In this document: in pieces, positions 28,100 through 36,294 of the stretch | Numbering within the stretch: the stretch's first letter is position 1 | How the letters are laid out: every line of letters begins with the position of its first letter | Assembly (NCBI GenBank): GCA_963677605.2 | Contig: CAXXDX010000003.1 | Location: 34,962-98,961 of the forward strand | Length of the DNA: 64,000 bases | Direction of reading: 5' to 3' | From: Christensenellaceae bacterium | Lineage (GTDB): Bacteria; Bacillota; Clostridia; Christensenellales; UMGS416 | The notes under the pieces: model-generated | Seen by the model: the letters and a program-made list of their open reading frames with translations, nothing else | What the model was told of the DNA's origin: nothing | Databases searched by the model: none | Translations under genes and position numbers: made by a program

Positions 28100-29547
28100 T
28101 ATACTATTGATTTTTGCGGTTCAGGAATCAATTCCGGTTCTTTAGTAATTTTTTTCTGCTTTTCATCGATGCCAGACTCTGATTCAAGTGTTTTAATCTT
28201 TTTTAACAGTGATAGCACCATAGGTAATGCTATAATCGTTGTTAAAACATCAGAAACAGCATGAGCCGAGGCTAATCCATATACACCGAACACTATAGAT
28301 AATATTACAATGCTTGGAATAAAGCAAATAAGTTGTCGCGAAAGGCCTAGTATTGTTGCACCAACTGGTCTTCCCAATGCTTGAAAGAAACCATTTACTA
28401 TTATTCCCCACACCCTCATAATCAATGTGATACATTGGGTTATAATCATAAAAGAACTTAAAGCGATAATCTCTGCGCTATCACTTGTTGTAAATATTGA
28501 AACTATATCTTTTGCAAAAAATGCCAGCAACGCCCCTAAAACAAGGCCTCCGGATATTCCCATCATGCTGCATGTCCAGAAAGCTTTCCTTACTCTTGTA
28601 TATTTTTTTGCACCCCAGCAATATCCAGCTACAGGTTGAAAACCTAACCCTAAGCCAAGTATCGCAGTACCTGCAACTCTTGTACATTTGTTTGCTATGG
28701 TAGCAGCAGCGAGGGTGGTATCTCCGAATGAGCCGGCAATATTATTTGTTACTATAAACGATATAGTAAGCAAACTACTGCGTAAAAAAGTGGGTATTCC
28801 CATTTTGGCTATCTCTGAATATATCTCTTTTTTAGGAGTAAATAAACTAGGTTTTATTTCTAGGAGAGATGATTTTTTTAAGAAAGGGATTAATAAAACT
28901 GTAAAGCTGACCATTTTTGAGATACCAGTTGCAATAGCTGCGCCTGCGACTCCCAGCCCCATTACATTGATAAGAATAGGATCGAGCGCAATATTTATTA
29001 CACATCCTGATACCATGCCGAACATGGAAAACTTAGTGCTGCCTTCAGAGCGAAGCAGTTGGCTTAGCACGACAGTTCCTGCTGTGAAAGGAGATGAAGC
29101 TAAAATCCACAAAGCGTACTGTATAGAATATGGTTTAACCGTTTCGGTAGCACCCATGAGTGTAACCATTGGATTAATAAAAATATATGATATTACAGCG
29201 AAGGCTATCATTGTGAGAATAGCAGTGAACAATGCGGTAGATCCAACTTTGCTTGCGATACTATATTTTTTTGCACCAAGTAATCTCGAAATATAGCTGG
29301 AAGCGCCTGTTCCGAATCCCATAGCTATTGAGTGAAATAAGAACATAAGTGATGAATTAACACCCACAGCTGCCGTAGCCGCTGTACCTAGCTGACTTAC
29401 AAAATATGTGTCAGTGATATTGTATATGGAATCAATCAGCATAGCTATTATCATAGGTAAAGCTACTAAAGGAATTACCTTAACTATAGGTTCTTCAAGC
29501 ATCATTTTATGCCGATTTTCTCTTTTTAAAATTTGTTCTTGTGTCAC
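28099..29547 (-). CDS. MATE-family efflux transporter (second)
   Basis: 482 aa, 12-TM-like. N-terminal LPMIIAMLIDSIYNITDTYFVSQLGTAATAAVGV MATE signature. GTG start. 1-nt overlap with the downstream MarR gene. Confidence 0.85.
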   Translation of the reverse strand: MTQEQILKRENRHKMMLEEPIVKVIPLVALPMIIAMLIDSIYNITDTYFVSQLGTAATAAVGVNSSLMFLFHSIAMGFGTGASSYISRLLGAKKYSIASKVGSTALFTAILTMIAFAVISYIFINPMVTLMGATETVKPYSIQYALWILASSPFTAGTVVLSQLLRSEGSTKFSMFGMVSGCVINIALDPILINVMGLGVAGAAIATGISKMVSFTVLLIPFLKKSSLLEIKPSLFTPKKEIYSEIAKMGIPTFLRSSLLTISFIVTNNIAGSFGDTTLAAATIANKCTRVAGTAILGLGLGFQPVAGYCWGAKKYTRVRKAFWTCSMMGISGGLVLGALLAFFAKDIVSIFTTSDSAEIIALSSFMIITQCITLIMRVWGIIVNGFFQALGRPVGATILGLSRQLICFIPSIVILSIVFGVYGLASAHAVSDVLTTIIALPMVLSLLKKIKTLESESGIDEKQKKITKEPELIPEPQKSIV

Positions 29548-29571
29548 ATCAATTACCTGCCTATAATAAAA

Positions 29572-29602
29572 GTTGAATAATTAAACAGTAGAAACATTCA
29601 AC
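29572..29602. promoter_or_regulatory. Inverted repeat GTTGAAT-N17-ATTCAAC in the divergent MATE/MarR and CBS intergenic region
   Basis: Read directly: GTTGAAT at 29572-29578 and ATTCAAC at 29596-29602. It lies 25-55 nt upstream of the minus-strand MATE start. The half-site is the same word as in TTCAACnGTTGAA of cassettes A and B. Confidence 0.45.
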
Positions 29603-29668
29603 AATAATATCATGCTTTGTGTTTCTTGTCAAAGATGATATAATTTAATTAGGTTAGGAGTGATAAAT

Positions 29669-30142
29669 ATGTCAAAAATTCGTGAGTTTTTGAAAACTAA
29701 TGTAAAGTATGCTCGCCCTGACGATAACTTAGAAAAAATTGTACAAATTCTCAGAGAAAACCAGATTAGCGGAGTGCCTATTGTTGATCAAGATAATAAG
29801 GTAATAGGCATAATAACTGCTCGTGACTTACTGAAGCATTCAGAAAAAACTAAGATAATACCTTTACCATATTTCCCTGATGGAGCCCCAGCATATGAGT
29901 ATGTTTTAGATAATGTTGTTTACAAAAAAAGTGTAGAAGAATTTTTAGAGACAAAAGTAAAAGAAGTGATGTCGAAAAAAGTATACACTGTAAAAGAAGA
30001 TAATACGTGGCATGATGCGGCTTCATTAATGAAAAAGAAAGGAATAAACAGAATTCCGGTTGTTGATAGAGAAGGGAAGTTAAAAGGAATCGTCACAAGG
30101 AATGATTTATTGGACTTTTTATCTAAACATGAAGAGGTATAG
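29669..30142 (+). CDS. CBS-pair domain protein
   Basis: Two CBS-like repeats (ISGVPIVDQDNKVIGIITARDLL and INRIPVVDREGKLKGIVTRNDLL). ATG 29669 lies 8 nt after aggag; the tracked GTG 29660 abuts the RBS. Confidence 0.8.
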   Translation: MSKIREFLKTNVKYARPDDNLEKIVQILRENQISGVPIVDQDNKVIGIITARDLLKHSEKTKIIPLPYFPDGAPAYEYVLDNVVYKKSVEEFLETKVKEVMSKKVYTVKEDNTWHDAASLMKKKGINRIPVVDREGKLKGIVTRNDLLDFLSKHEEV

Positions 30143-30195
30143 TACTAAATAATACAAACAATAATCTTTTATACATGTTCTTAGTCTATAAAAAA

Positions 30196-30246
30196 TATAA
30201 CACACATAAACACTCTACTTAAAAGGGAGTGTTTATGTGTGTTATA
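30196..30246 (+). terminator. Long perfect hairpin / terminator after the CBS gene
   Basis: 20-bp perfect inverted repeat TATAACACACATAAACACTC / GAGTGTTTATGTGTGTTATA with 11-nt loop. A CTTTTT run begins 8 nt downstream. Confidence 0.6.
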
Positions 30247-30505
30247 TAAAACCTTTTTACTTAAAATGCTTTGTATCATAGATGAAAAGAAAAAACACTT
30301 TGTTAGCATTGTTTTTTAAGATATAAGCTTTTAATAAAGAAAGTTTGCATTCATATTACAACAAGTATATAATAAAAATATCAAAAAAAAAGAATAGATA
30401 TATCAGTATAATACAAAAGAAAATGCTCAACTAATCAGAAATAATGAGGGGACCTATATCTAAACTACGTATTTTGAATCGTGAATAATAAAGGCGGATA
30501 AATGT

Positions 30506-31345
30506 ATGGCACTTGTTAATTTGAACTTTGAAAGCCAGTATCTAGGGAATGCACATAATGTGACTATTATTCTCCCTGATAAGCCACGGGACGACGATGC
30601 TAAAGATTACTATACCAAAGGTAAGAAATATAAAGTACTGTGGCTACTTCACGGGTCTTTTGATGACGGCTCAGGATTTTTGCGCAGAACGATGATAGAA
30701 GTCTATGCACGAGAAAAAGATTTAATTGTAGTGATGCCCAGCGCTATGAACTCAAATTATACTAACTGGGACAGCTTTGGCACCGGGTTCAAGATGGGCG
30801 ACTATCTGACAGAAGAATTAATGCCATTGGTTCACAATTGGTTTCCGGCATCAAGCAAGCCAGAAGATAATTTCATTTCGGGAGACTCGATGGGTGGAAG
30901 GGGTGCACTGAAGTATATACTGGAGTATCCAGATAAGTTCGCAGCAGCTGCGGTTTTATCGGCATCTCCGAGAGATCCGGAAGAGATGGATTGGAACAGT
31001 AATGATACTAAGAGTATGTTTAGTGTGGCAAATCCTAGATTTCAAAATACGCTTAAGAATGTGGGAGGCAAAGAAGCATATCTTAAGTCCTATGAAAATA
31101 CCTGGGGAAGATTGATGGAAATGCATGAAGCAGGTAATCTACCTAAGCTTATGTTTGCTTGTGCAGATAAAGATTTTGGATATGACGCTCACTTAAAGTT
31201 TAAAAAAGTTTGTCATGAAAAAGGTATTGATGCTCATTTCTTTGAGCTTCCAAATCTAGGCCATGAATGGCGTTTCTGGGATAAAGCGCTCGTGGAAGCT
31301 CTAAAGTTCTTTGGAATAAATGAAGAAGGATTTATTGCATTTTAG
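30506..31345 (+). CDS. Esterase-family alpha/beta hydrolase (esterase D / tributyrin-esterase-like), paralog 1
   Basis: 279 aa. LWLLHG, nucleophile elbow GDSMGG, candidate Asp in CADKDFG and His in LGHEWRFW. Gap-free paralog at 45699-46538. Confidence 0.8.
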   Translation: MALVNLNFESQYLGNAHNVTIILPDKPRDDDAKDYYTKGKKYKVLWLLHGSFDDGSGFLRRTMIEVYAREKDLIVVMPSAMNSNYTNWDSFGTGFKMGDYLTEELMPLVHNWFPASSKPEDNFISGDSMGGRGALKYILEYPDKFAAAAVLSASPRDPEEMDWNSNDTKSMFSVANPRFQNTLKNVGGKEAYLKSYENTWGRLMEMHEAGNLPKLMFACADKDFGYDAHLKFKKVCHEKGIDAHFFELPNLGHEWRFWDKALVEALKFFGINEEGFIAF

Positions 31346-31443
31346 AAAATAAGCAATCAATTTTTAAAACAGATTATTTACTTAGAAGACTTTTACTTTT
31401 ATTCAGGATTGAATTAAATAGAACATACTTTAGGAGGCGCGAG

Positions 31444-32127
31444 GTGCAAGAATTTAATGTAAGGCTAATAAGCGAAGGTTTTTGGATGATAGAAGACTCT
31501 GGAGTCAGAAGCTTTTTAGTGGAAGGCAGCAAGAAGTCTATGCTAGTGGATACCTGCTTTGGAAATGGAGATATAAAGGAATTAGCAGAGAAGCTAACGG
31601 ACAAGCCTTTGATTGTGGTGAATACTCATACAGATATGGATCATATAGGCGGAAACGACTTGTTTGAAGCAATATATATGCATCCTCTCGAGATAGAAAA
31701 TTATAAAAACAAGAATGAAAATTTAAAGATTATTCCTATAGTGGAAAGTGATATTATAGATTTGGGCAATAAAGTGTTTGAAGTAATAGAAGCGCCGGGA
31801 CATACTCTGGGGAGTATAATGTTTTTTAGTAAGCAAGATGAAATGATTATAAGCGGCGATAGTATAGGATTAGCTCCGATATTTATGTTTGGGGAGCACA
31901 GGGACTTGAGTAAATATATAAGCAGCTTGAAAAAAATAAATTCACTAAATGACAAGATAACTACCATTTGGCCTTCTCATGGAGAATGCCCAGTACAACC
32001 TTCACTAATCGAAGTATTAATTCAAGGAGCAAATCAATTAAAAGATGGAAAGCTTTACGGGACTAAGCCTCCGAATGATTTTCCCTGTAAATTGTACGAA
32101 TATAAAAATGTGAAATTTTTATATTGA
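31444..32127 (+). CDS. MBL-fold metallo-hydrolase
   Basis: VVNTHTDMDHIGG (HxHxDH-type motif with Asp at the second His position), APGHTLGS, GDSIG and WPSHGE. GTG start 6 nt after GGAGG. Confidence 0.75.
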   Translation: MQEFNVRLISEGFWMIEDSGVRSFLVEGSKKSMLVDTCFGNGDIKELAEKLTDKPLIVVNTHTDMDHIGGNDLFEAIYMHPLEIENYKNKNENLKIIPIVESDIIDLGNKVFEVIEAPGHTLGSIMFFSKQDEMIISGDSIGLAPIFMFGEHRDLSKYISSLKKINSLNDKITTIWPSHGECPVQPSLIEVLIQGANQLKDGKLYGTKPPNDFPCKLYEYKNVKFLY

Positions 32128-32209
32128 ATGAGCTAAAAACTGCATAGGATTTTGAAATTTACTTAATGATGATAGCATAATAAAAATATAATTAATTTTA
32201 ATTTTATTT

Positions 32210-32272
32210 GGTTTGGACAGCTTTTATTCAAAAACCAGTATGGCTTTTTTGAATAAAGACCGGTTCCAAACC
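32210..32272 (+). other. Large imperfect hairpin between the MBL gene and the Opp-like operon
   Basis: Outer stem GGTTTGGA / TCCAAACC, inner stem about 13 bp (CTTTTATTCAAAAA / TTTTTGAATAAAG), about 10-nt loop. Read by eye. Confidence 0.5.
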
Positions 32273-32298
32273 TTAAATATTTACTTTATGGAGTATGG

Positions 32299-33258
32299 AT
32301 GCTTTGGTATTTCACAAAAAGAATTTTACATATATTTCTTATTGTATTAGTCGTTGTTTTCATAGTTTTTCTACTACTATATTTTTTGCCGGGAACTGAT
32401 ACTTCGCAATTTAATTCACGCGAGGTAAGTGACAATCTAAATCAGGTTTTGGAGTATTTAGATGGCGGCTTTTTTGCGGACTACATAAGATACTGCTACA
32501 ATCTATTTATAAAATTCGACTTAGGGGTTTCTTCTTATAAAACACAAATAAGCCAGCAGATTGCCCTCAGATTAAGGCCTACATTCCTGCTTGCAGGTAT
32601 TAGTCTCGCAGCTACTCTCATTATAGGGATTCCGGCAGGAATAATCGCAGCTATTCACAAAGATAAGTGGAAAGATAATTTTATTACAGTAGTAACTGTA
32701 TTTGTATCATCCATTCCAGTATTTCTGCTGGCATTGATATTAACCTTGATTTTCGCTTTGAAGCTAAAATGGCTACCTGTTTCAGGCCTGTATGACGTAA
32801 AGTCATTTATATTGCCTATCACAACTTTATCGTTTGGCGGGATAGCTATACTCACTAAAATGACTCGCTCAAGTATGATAGAGGTGCTCAATAAGCAGTT
32901 TATTACTGGGCTTAGGGCCAAAGGTCTAAAAGAAGTATGGGTTATATATTGCCATGCGCTTAAGAATTTATTGATTCCTGTAGTATCAGTTATAAGCACA
33001 TTGGCGAGTCAGCTTTTATGCGGCGCTCTTATTGTGGAAAGATTTTTTAGTATCCCCGGGATAGGGAGCTATATGGTAGAGGCTATTTCTAGGAGAGATT
33101 CTGCTGTGATACTTGGCTGCATTGTTATATTCACTGTCATATTATCTCTTGTAGCAGTAATTTCTGATATTGCCTATGCTTTAATTAATCCTAAATTTAG
33201 ATCCCAGTATCGTAGGCACGAAAACCTGGGTGAAAAGAGATCGACTGATGGTATTTAA
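32299..33258 (+). CDS. Opp/Dpp-type ABC transporter permease (B component), system 1
   Basis: 319 aa; N-terminal WYFTKRILHIFLIV..., 6-TM layout and C-terminal INPKFR typical of OppB/DppB. Confidence 0.85.
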   Translation: MLWYFTKRILHIFLIVLVVVFIVFLLLYFLPGTDTSQFNSREVSDNLNQVLEYLDGGFFADYIRYCYNLFIKFDLGVSSYKTQISQQIALRLRPTFLLAGISLAATLIIGIPAGIIAAIHKDKWKDNFITVVTVFVSSIPVFLLALILTLIFALKLKWLPVSGLYDVKSFILPITTLSFGGIAILTKMTRSSMIEVLNKQFITGLRAKGLKEVWVIYCHALKNLLIPVVSVISTLASQLLCGALIVERFFSIPGIGSYMVEAISRRDSAVILGCIVIFTVILSLVAVISDIAYALINPKFRSQYRRHENLGEKRSTDGI

Positions 33259-34138
33259 ATTTAATTTTATAAAGCAATTTAATAAAAAGCTGAGTTTCAG
33301 AGAAAGTTCCTGGTTTGAATTTTGGAATAAATTTAGAAAGAATCATCTGGCGATAGCGTGCCTTGTGATTTTTATAATAATATGCTTATCTTGCATCGCA
33401 GCTCCTTTATTGAGCAGATGGAGCTGGAATATAATTGATTTAAATAACCGTTTTAAACCACCTTCATCGGAACATATATTTGGAACAGATTATTTGGGGC
33501 GAGACATATTTGTAAGAACGCTATACGGCGGGAGAAATACACTTAGCTTTACATTTGCAGCTGTTGCAATAGCCGGAGTATTGGGAACAATCATAGGTTT
33601 GATTTCAGGCTTTTTAGGGGAGAGGACAGATTTCTACATAATGCGGATAATTGACGCTATGGCTTCTGTTCCAAGCTTATTTCTGGCGATTGTAATGGAA
33701 GCGGCGCTGGGGTGGGGTAAAGGTAATTTTCTGTATGCTCTGGCTATAGCTGCAATACCTGCGATAGCCAAGCTCGTACGTGCTTCTGTGATGGATGTCA
33801 TGGGAAGCGAGTTTATTACTGCCTCCCGTGCACTTGGGATGAGCAATACAGGGATATTATTTCATCATGTTTTTCATAATATAGCACCCTCTTTACTAAT
33901 ACAGATTACAAGCACTGCATCAGAGACAATGCTTGCATGTACTATCTTAGGTTACTTAGGTATAGGCGTTTTACCGCCAAATCCCGAGTGGGGCAATATG
34001 GTTTTTGAAAGTACAAACTACTTTAGAGAATATCCCTTTATTGTACTATGTCCCAGTATAGCAATTGTTCTTTCTGCACTTTCCGTTAACATTATAGGAA
34101 ATAGTCTGCGGGATGCATTAAAACCTGGAAGAAAATAA
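33248..34138 (+). CDS. Opp/Dpp-type ABC transporter permease (C component), system 1
   Basis: HIFGTDYLGRDIFVRTLYGGR motif typical of OppC/DppC. ATG 33248 overlaps the upstream gene end by 11 nt. Confidence 0.85.
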   Translation: MVFKFNFIKQFNKKLSFRESSWFEFWNKFRKNHLAIACLVIFIIICLSCIAAPLLSRWSWNIIDLNNRFKPPSSEHIFGTDYLGRDIFVRTLYGGRNTLSFTFAAVAIAGVLGTIIGLISGFLGERTDFYIMRIIDAMASVPSLFLAIVMEAALGWGKGNFLYALAIAAIPAIAKLVRASVMDVMGSEFITASRALGMSNTGILFHHVFHNIAPSLLIQITSTASETMLACTILGYLGIGVLPPNPEWGNMVFESTNYFREYPFIVLCPSIAIVLSALSVNIIGNSLRDALKPGRK

Positions 34139-34153
34139 TGGAAAGGATATTGT

Positions 34154-35164
34154 ATGCGAGATAAAAGAAATTCAATAAATCTGCTTGAGGTAACAAACCT
34201 CACCGTCTCCTTCCCAACTTCAAACGGAATAGTCCGAGCAGTTAACGGTATATCTTACAATGTGAAAAAGGGCGAAACAATTGGCATTATAGGAGAATCG
34301 GGAAGTGGGAAAAGCGTGCAAGCACACACTATAATTGGGTTATTAAAATTACCCGGTAAGATTGATAATGGCAGTGTAATTTTCGAAGGAAACGATATGT
34401 TGAAATTTTCTGAAAGAGAAATGCAAAAGCTGCGAGGCAGCAGGATAGGTATGATCTTTCAAGACCCTATGTCATGTCTTGACCCGCTTTTTACAATCGG
34501 TTGGCAGCTGAAAGAAACACTTCGCGCTCATATGAGCATTTCTCTTAGGGAAACAGCCCGGATTTCAATTGCTATGCTCGAGAAAGTTGGAATCCGAAAC
34601 GCAAAACAGATAATGAAACAATATCCATTGCAGCTTTCGGGAGGCATGCTGCAAAGAGTTATGATAGCAATGACACTTTTTAACAAACCAAAGCTTCTCA
34701 TTGCAGATGAACCAACGACTGCGCTTGATGTAACCATACAAGATCAAATAGTCATGCTTTTAAAAGAAATACAAAAAGATACAGGGATGTCATTGATATT
34801 TATAACACATGATTTTGGAATAGTTGCCGATTTATGTGACAAGGTATATGTGATGTATGGAGGAATGATGATGGAGCAAGCGAATGTGGAGGATATCTTT
34901 TATAATCCAGCGCATCCATATACTAAAGGACTTTTAAACGCTATCCCGAGAGTGGACTCTTTACAACATCAAAAATTGATTACGATAGAGGGTACTCCGA
35001 TAGATGCGCTTCATCCTCCTAAGGGTTGTGTTTTTCATCCACGATGCAACTCTTGTATGGCGATATGTCGTAAAAAAACTCCACCGCAGCGCAATATATC
35101 AGATGAGCATAGCGCTAGCTGCTGGCTTTTGGAGATAAAGAAGGAGTCGCCTAATGAGCAATGA
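34154..35164 (+). CDS. Opp/Dpp-type ABC transporter ATP-binding protein (D component), system 1
   Basis: Walker A GESGSGKS, signature LSGGMLQR, Walker B LLIADEPT. C-terminal Cys-rich oligopeptide-type extension (CVFHPRC..C..C). Confidence 0.9.
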   Translation: MRDKRNSINLLEVTNLTVSFPTSNGIVRAVNGISYNVKKGETIGIIGESGSGKSVQAHTIIGLLKLPGKIDNGSVIFEGNDMLKFSEREMQKLRGSRIGMIFQDPMSCLDPLFTIGWQLKETLRAHMSISLRETARISIAMLEKVGIRNAKQIMKQYPLQLSGGMLQRVMIAMTLFNKPKLLIADEPTTALDVTIQDQIVMLLKEIQKDTGMSLIFITHDFGIVADLCDKVYVMYGGMMMEQANVEDIFYNPAHPYTKGLLNAIPRVDSLQHQKLITIEGTPIDALHPPKGCVFHPRCNSCMAICRKKTPPQRNISDEHSASCWLLEIKKESPNEQ

Positions 35165-36113
35165 TATATTGGTTAGGACTGAAAATCTTAAGAAATACTT
35201 TAAGATAAGAGAAAGTATTAATAGAAAAAAAGTAATTCGCGCTGTAGACGGCATAAATCTTTCAATAGTAAAAGGAGAAACAATGGGCTTGGTGGGCGAG
35301 TCGGGATGCGGGAAATCCACGCTCGGACGGACAATCTTGAGGTTATTGGAGCCTGATGAAGGGAAGATATATTTTGGCGAAAATAATATAATCTCTGGAG
35401 ATATGAAAAAATATCGCAAGAAAATGCAGATAATATTTCAAAATCCTATGGGAGTGCTGGATCCCCGCACACGTGTACACGACAGTGTGGCTGAAGGTTT
35501 GAGGATTCATAAAATAGGCGATTCCAATAAAGAGCGAAAAGAAATAGTATTGGAACTTTTAAACAAGGTTGGACTAAGTTCAAAGCACTTACTGGGATAT
35601 CCTCATGAGTTTTCGGGGGGGCAGCTTCAAAGGATAGGAATCGCCCGTGCATTGGCTCTAAATCCTGAGTTTATAATATGTGATGAGGCTGTATCGTCTC
35701 TCGATGTATCATATCAATCGCAGGTCATAAATCTTCTCGAGGAAATGCAGGATAAAATGAAACTCACTTATTTATTTATTTCGCATGACATATCTGTAGT
35801 ACGGCATATATCAGATCGGATTGCTGTAATGTATATTGGAAAGATTGTAGAAATGGGAGAAACAAATGAAATAATTTTTCACGCGATGCATCCTTATACC
35901 AAGGCACTTCTTTCTGCTGTACCGGTACCCGATCCCCAAAAAAGCAGGGAAAGAGAGCATACATTTCTAGATGGTGATGTATGGGAAATACCGGATAGAG
36001 GATGCTTGTTTCTGCCGAGATGCCCTGATTCTAAGCATATATGTTCTCGCATCGAGCCGGAACTAAAAGAGATATCACATAAGCATTATTGTGCCTGTCA
36101 TTTATATAAGTAA
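35154..36113 (+). CDS. Opp/Dpp-type ABC transporter ATP-binding protein (F component), system 1
   Basis: Walker A GESGCGKST, signature FSGGQLQR, Walker B FIICDEAVS. RBS aaggag 7 nt upstream. 11-nt overlap with the D gene. Confidence 0.9.
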   Translation: MSNDILVRTENLKKYFKIRESINRKKVIRAVDGINLSIVKGETMGLVGESGCGKSTLGRTILRLLEPDEGKIYFGENNIISGDMKKYRKKMQIIFQNPMGVLDPRTRVHDSVAEGLRIHKIGDSNKERKEIVLELLNKVGLSSKHLLGYPHEFSGGQLQRIGIARALALNPEFIICDEAVSSLDVSYQSQVINLLEEMQDKMKLTYLFISHDISVVRHISDRIAVMYIGKIVEMGETNEIIFHAMHPYTKALLSAVPVPDPQKSREREHTFLDGDVWEIPDRGCLFLPRCPDSKHICSRIEPELKEISHKHYCACHLYK

Positions 36114-36200
36114 TGGTATTTATCGTAGTTGTGGTATTTTGTTTTAAGTTTACGTTCTAAAACATTCTATATTTTTGCTCTGTAATATAACAAGTACTGC

Positions 36201-36242
36201 TTGACTTCAGAGTATACAATGTATATTATAGTGATATATCAG
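36201..36242 (+). promoter_or_regulatory. Predicted promoter plus TGATATATCA palindrome upstream of the URO-D-like gene
   Basis: TTGACT (36201-36206), 17-nt spacer, TATTAT (36224-36229), then TGATATATCA at 36232-36241, 2 nt after the -10. Confidence 0.6.
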
Positions 36243-36294
36243 TTGTGTATTAGTTGGGATATTTCAAATACAAGTATAAAAGGGGAATAAGAAT

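Noticed and set aside
28688-29296. 202-aa + strand ORF, and similar antisense ORFs such as 1913-2479, 515-931, 37490-37924, 20663-21052 and 40711-41076
   Set aside because: All lie wholly inside strongly supported CDSs on the opposite strand or in another frame. They lack an RBS and have the skewed composition expected of antisense reading of membrane or AT-rich genes.
29571-29586. 16-mer AGTTGAATAATTAAAC shared between 29571-29586 and 38855-38870
   Set aside because: Not reported as an independent operator. It coincides with a -35-like TTGAAT plus AT-rich spacer and could reflect promoter composition or chance. It is mentioned only as supporting context in the findings.
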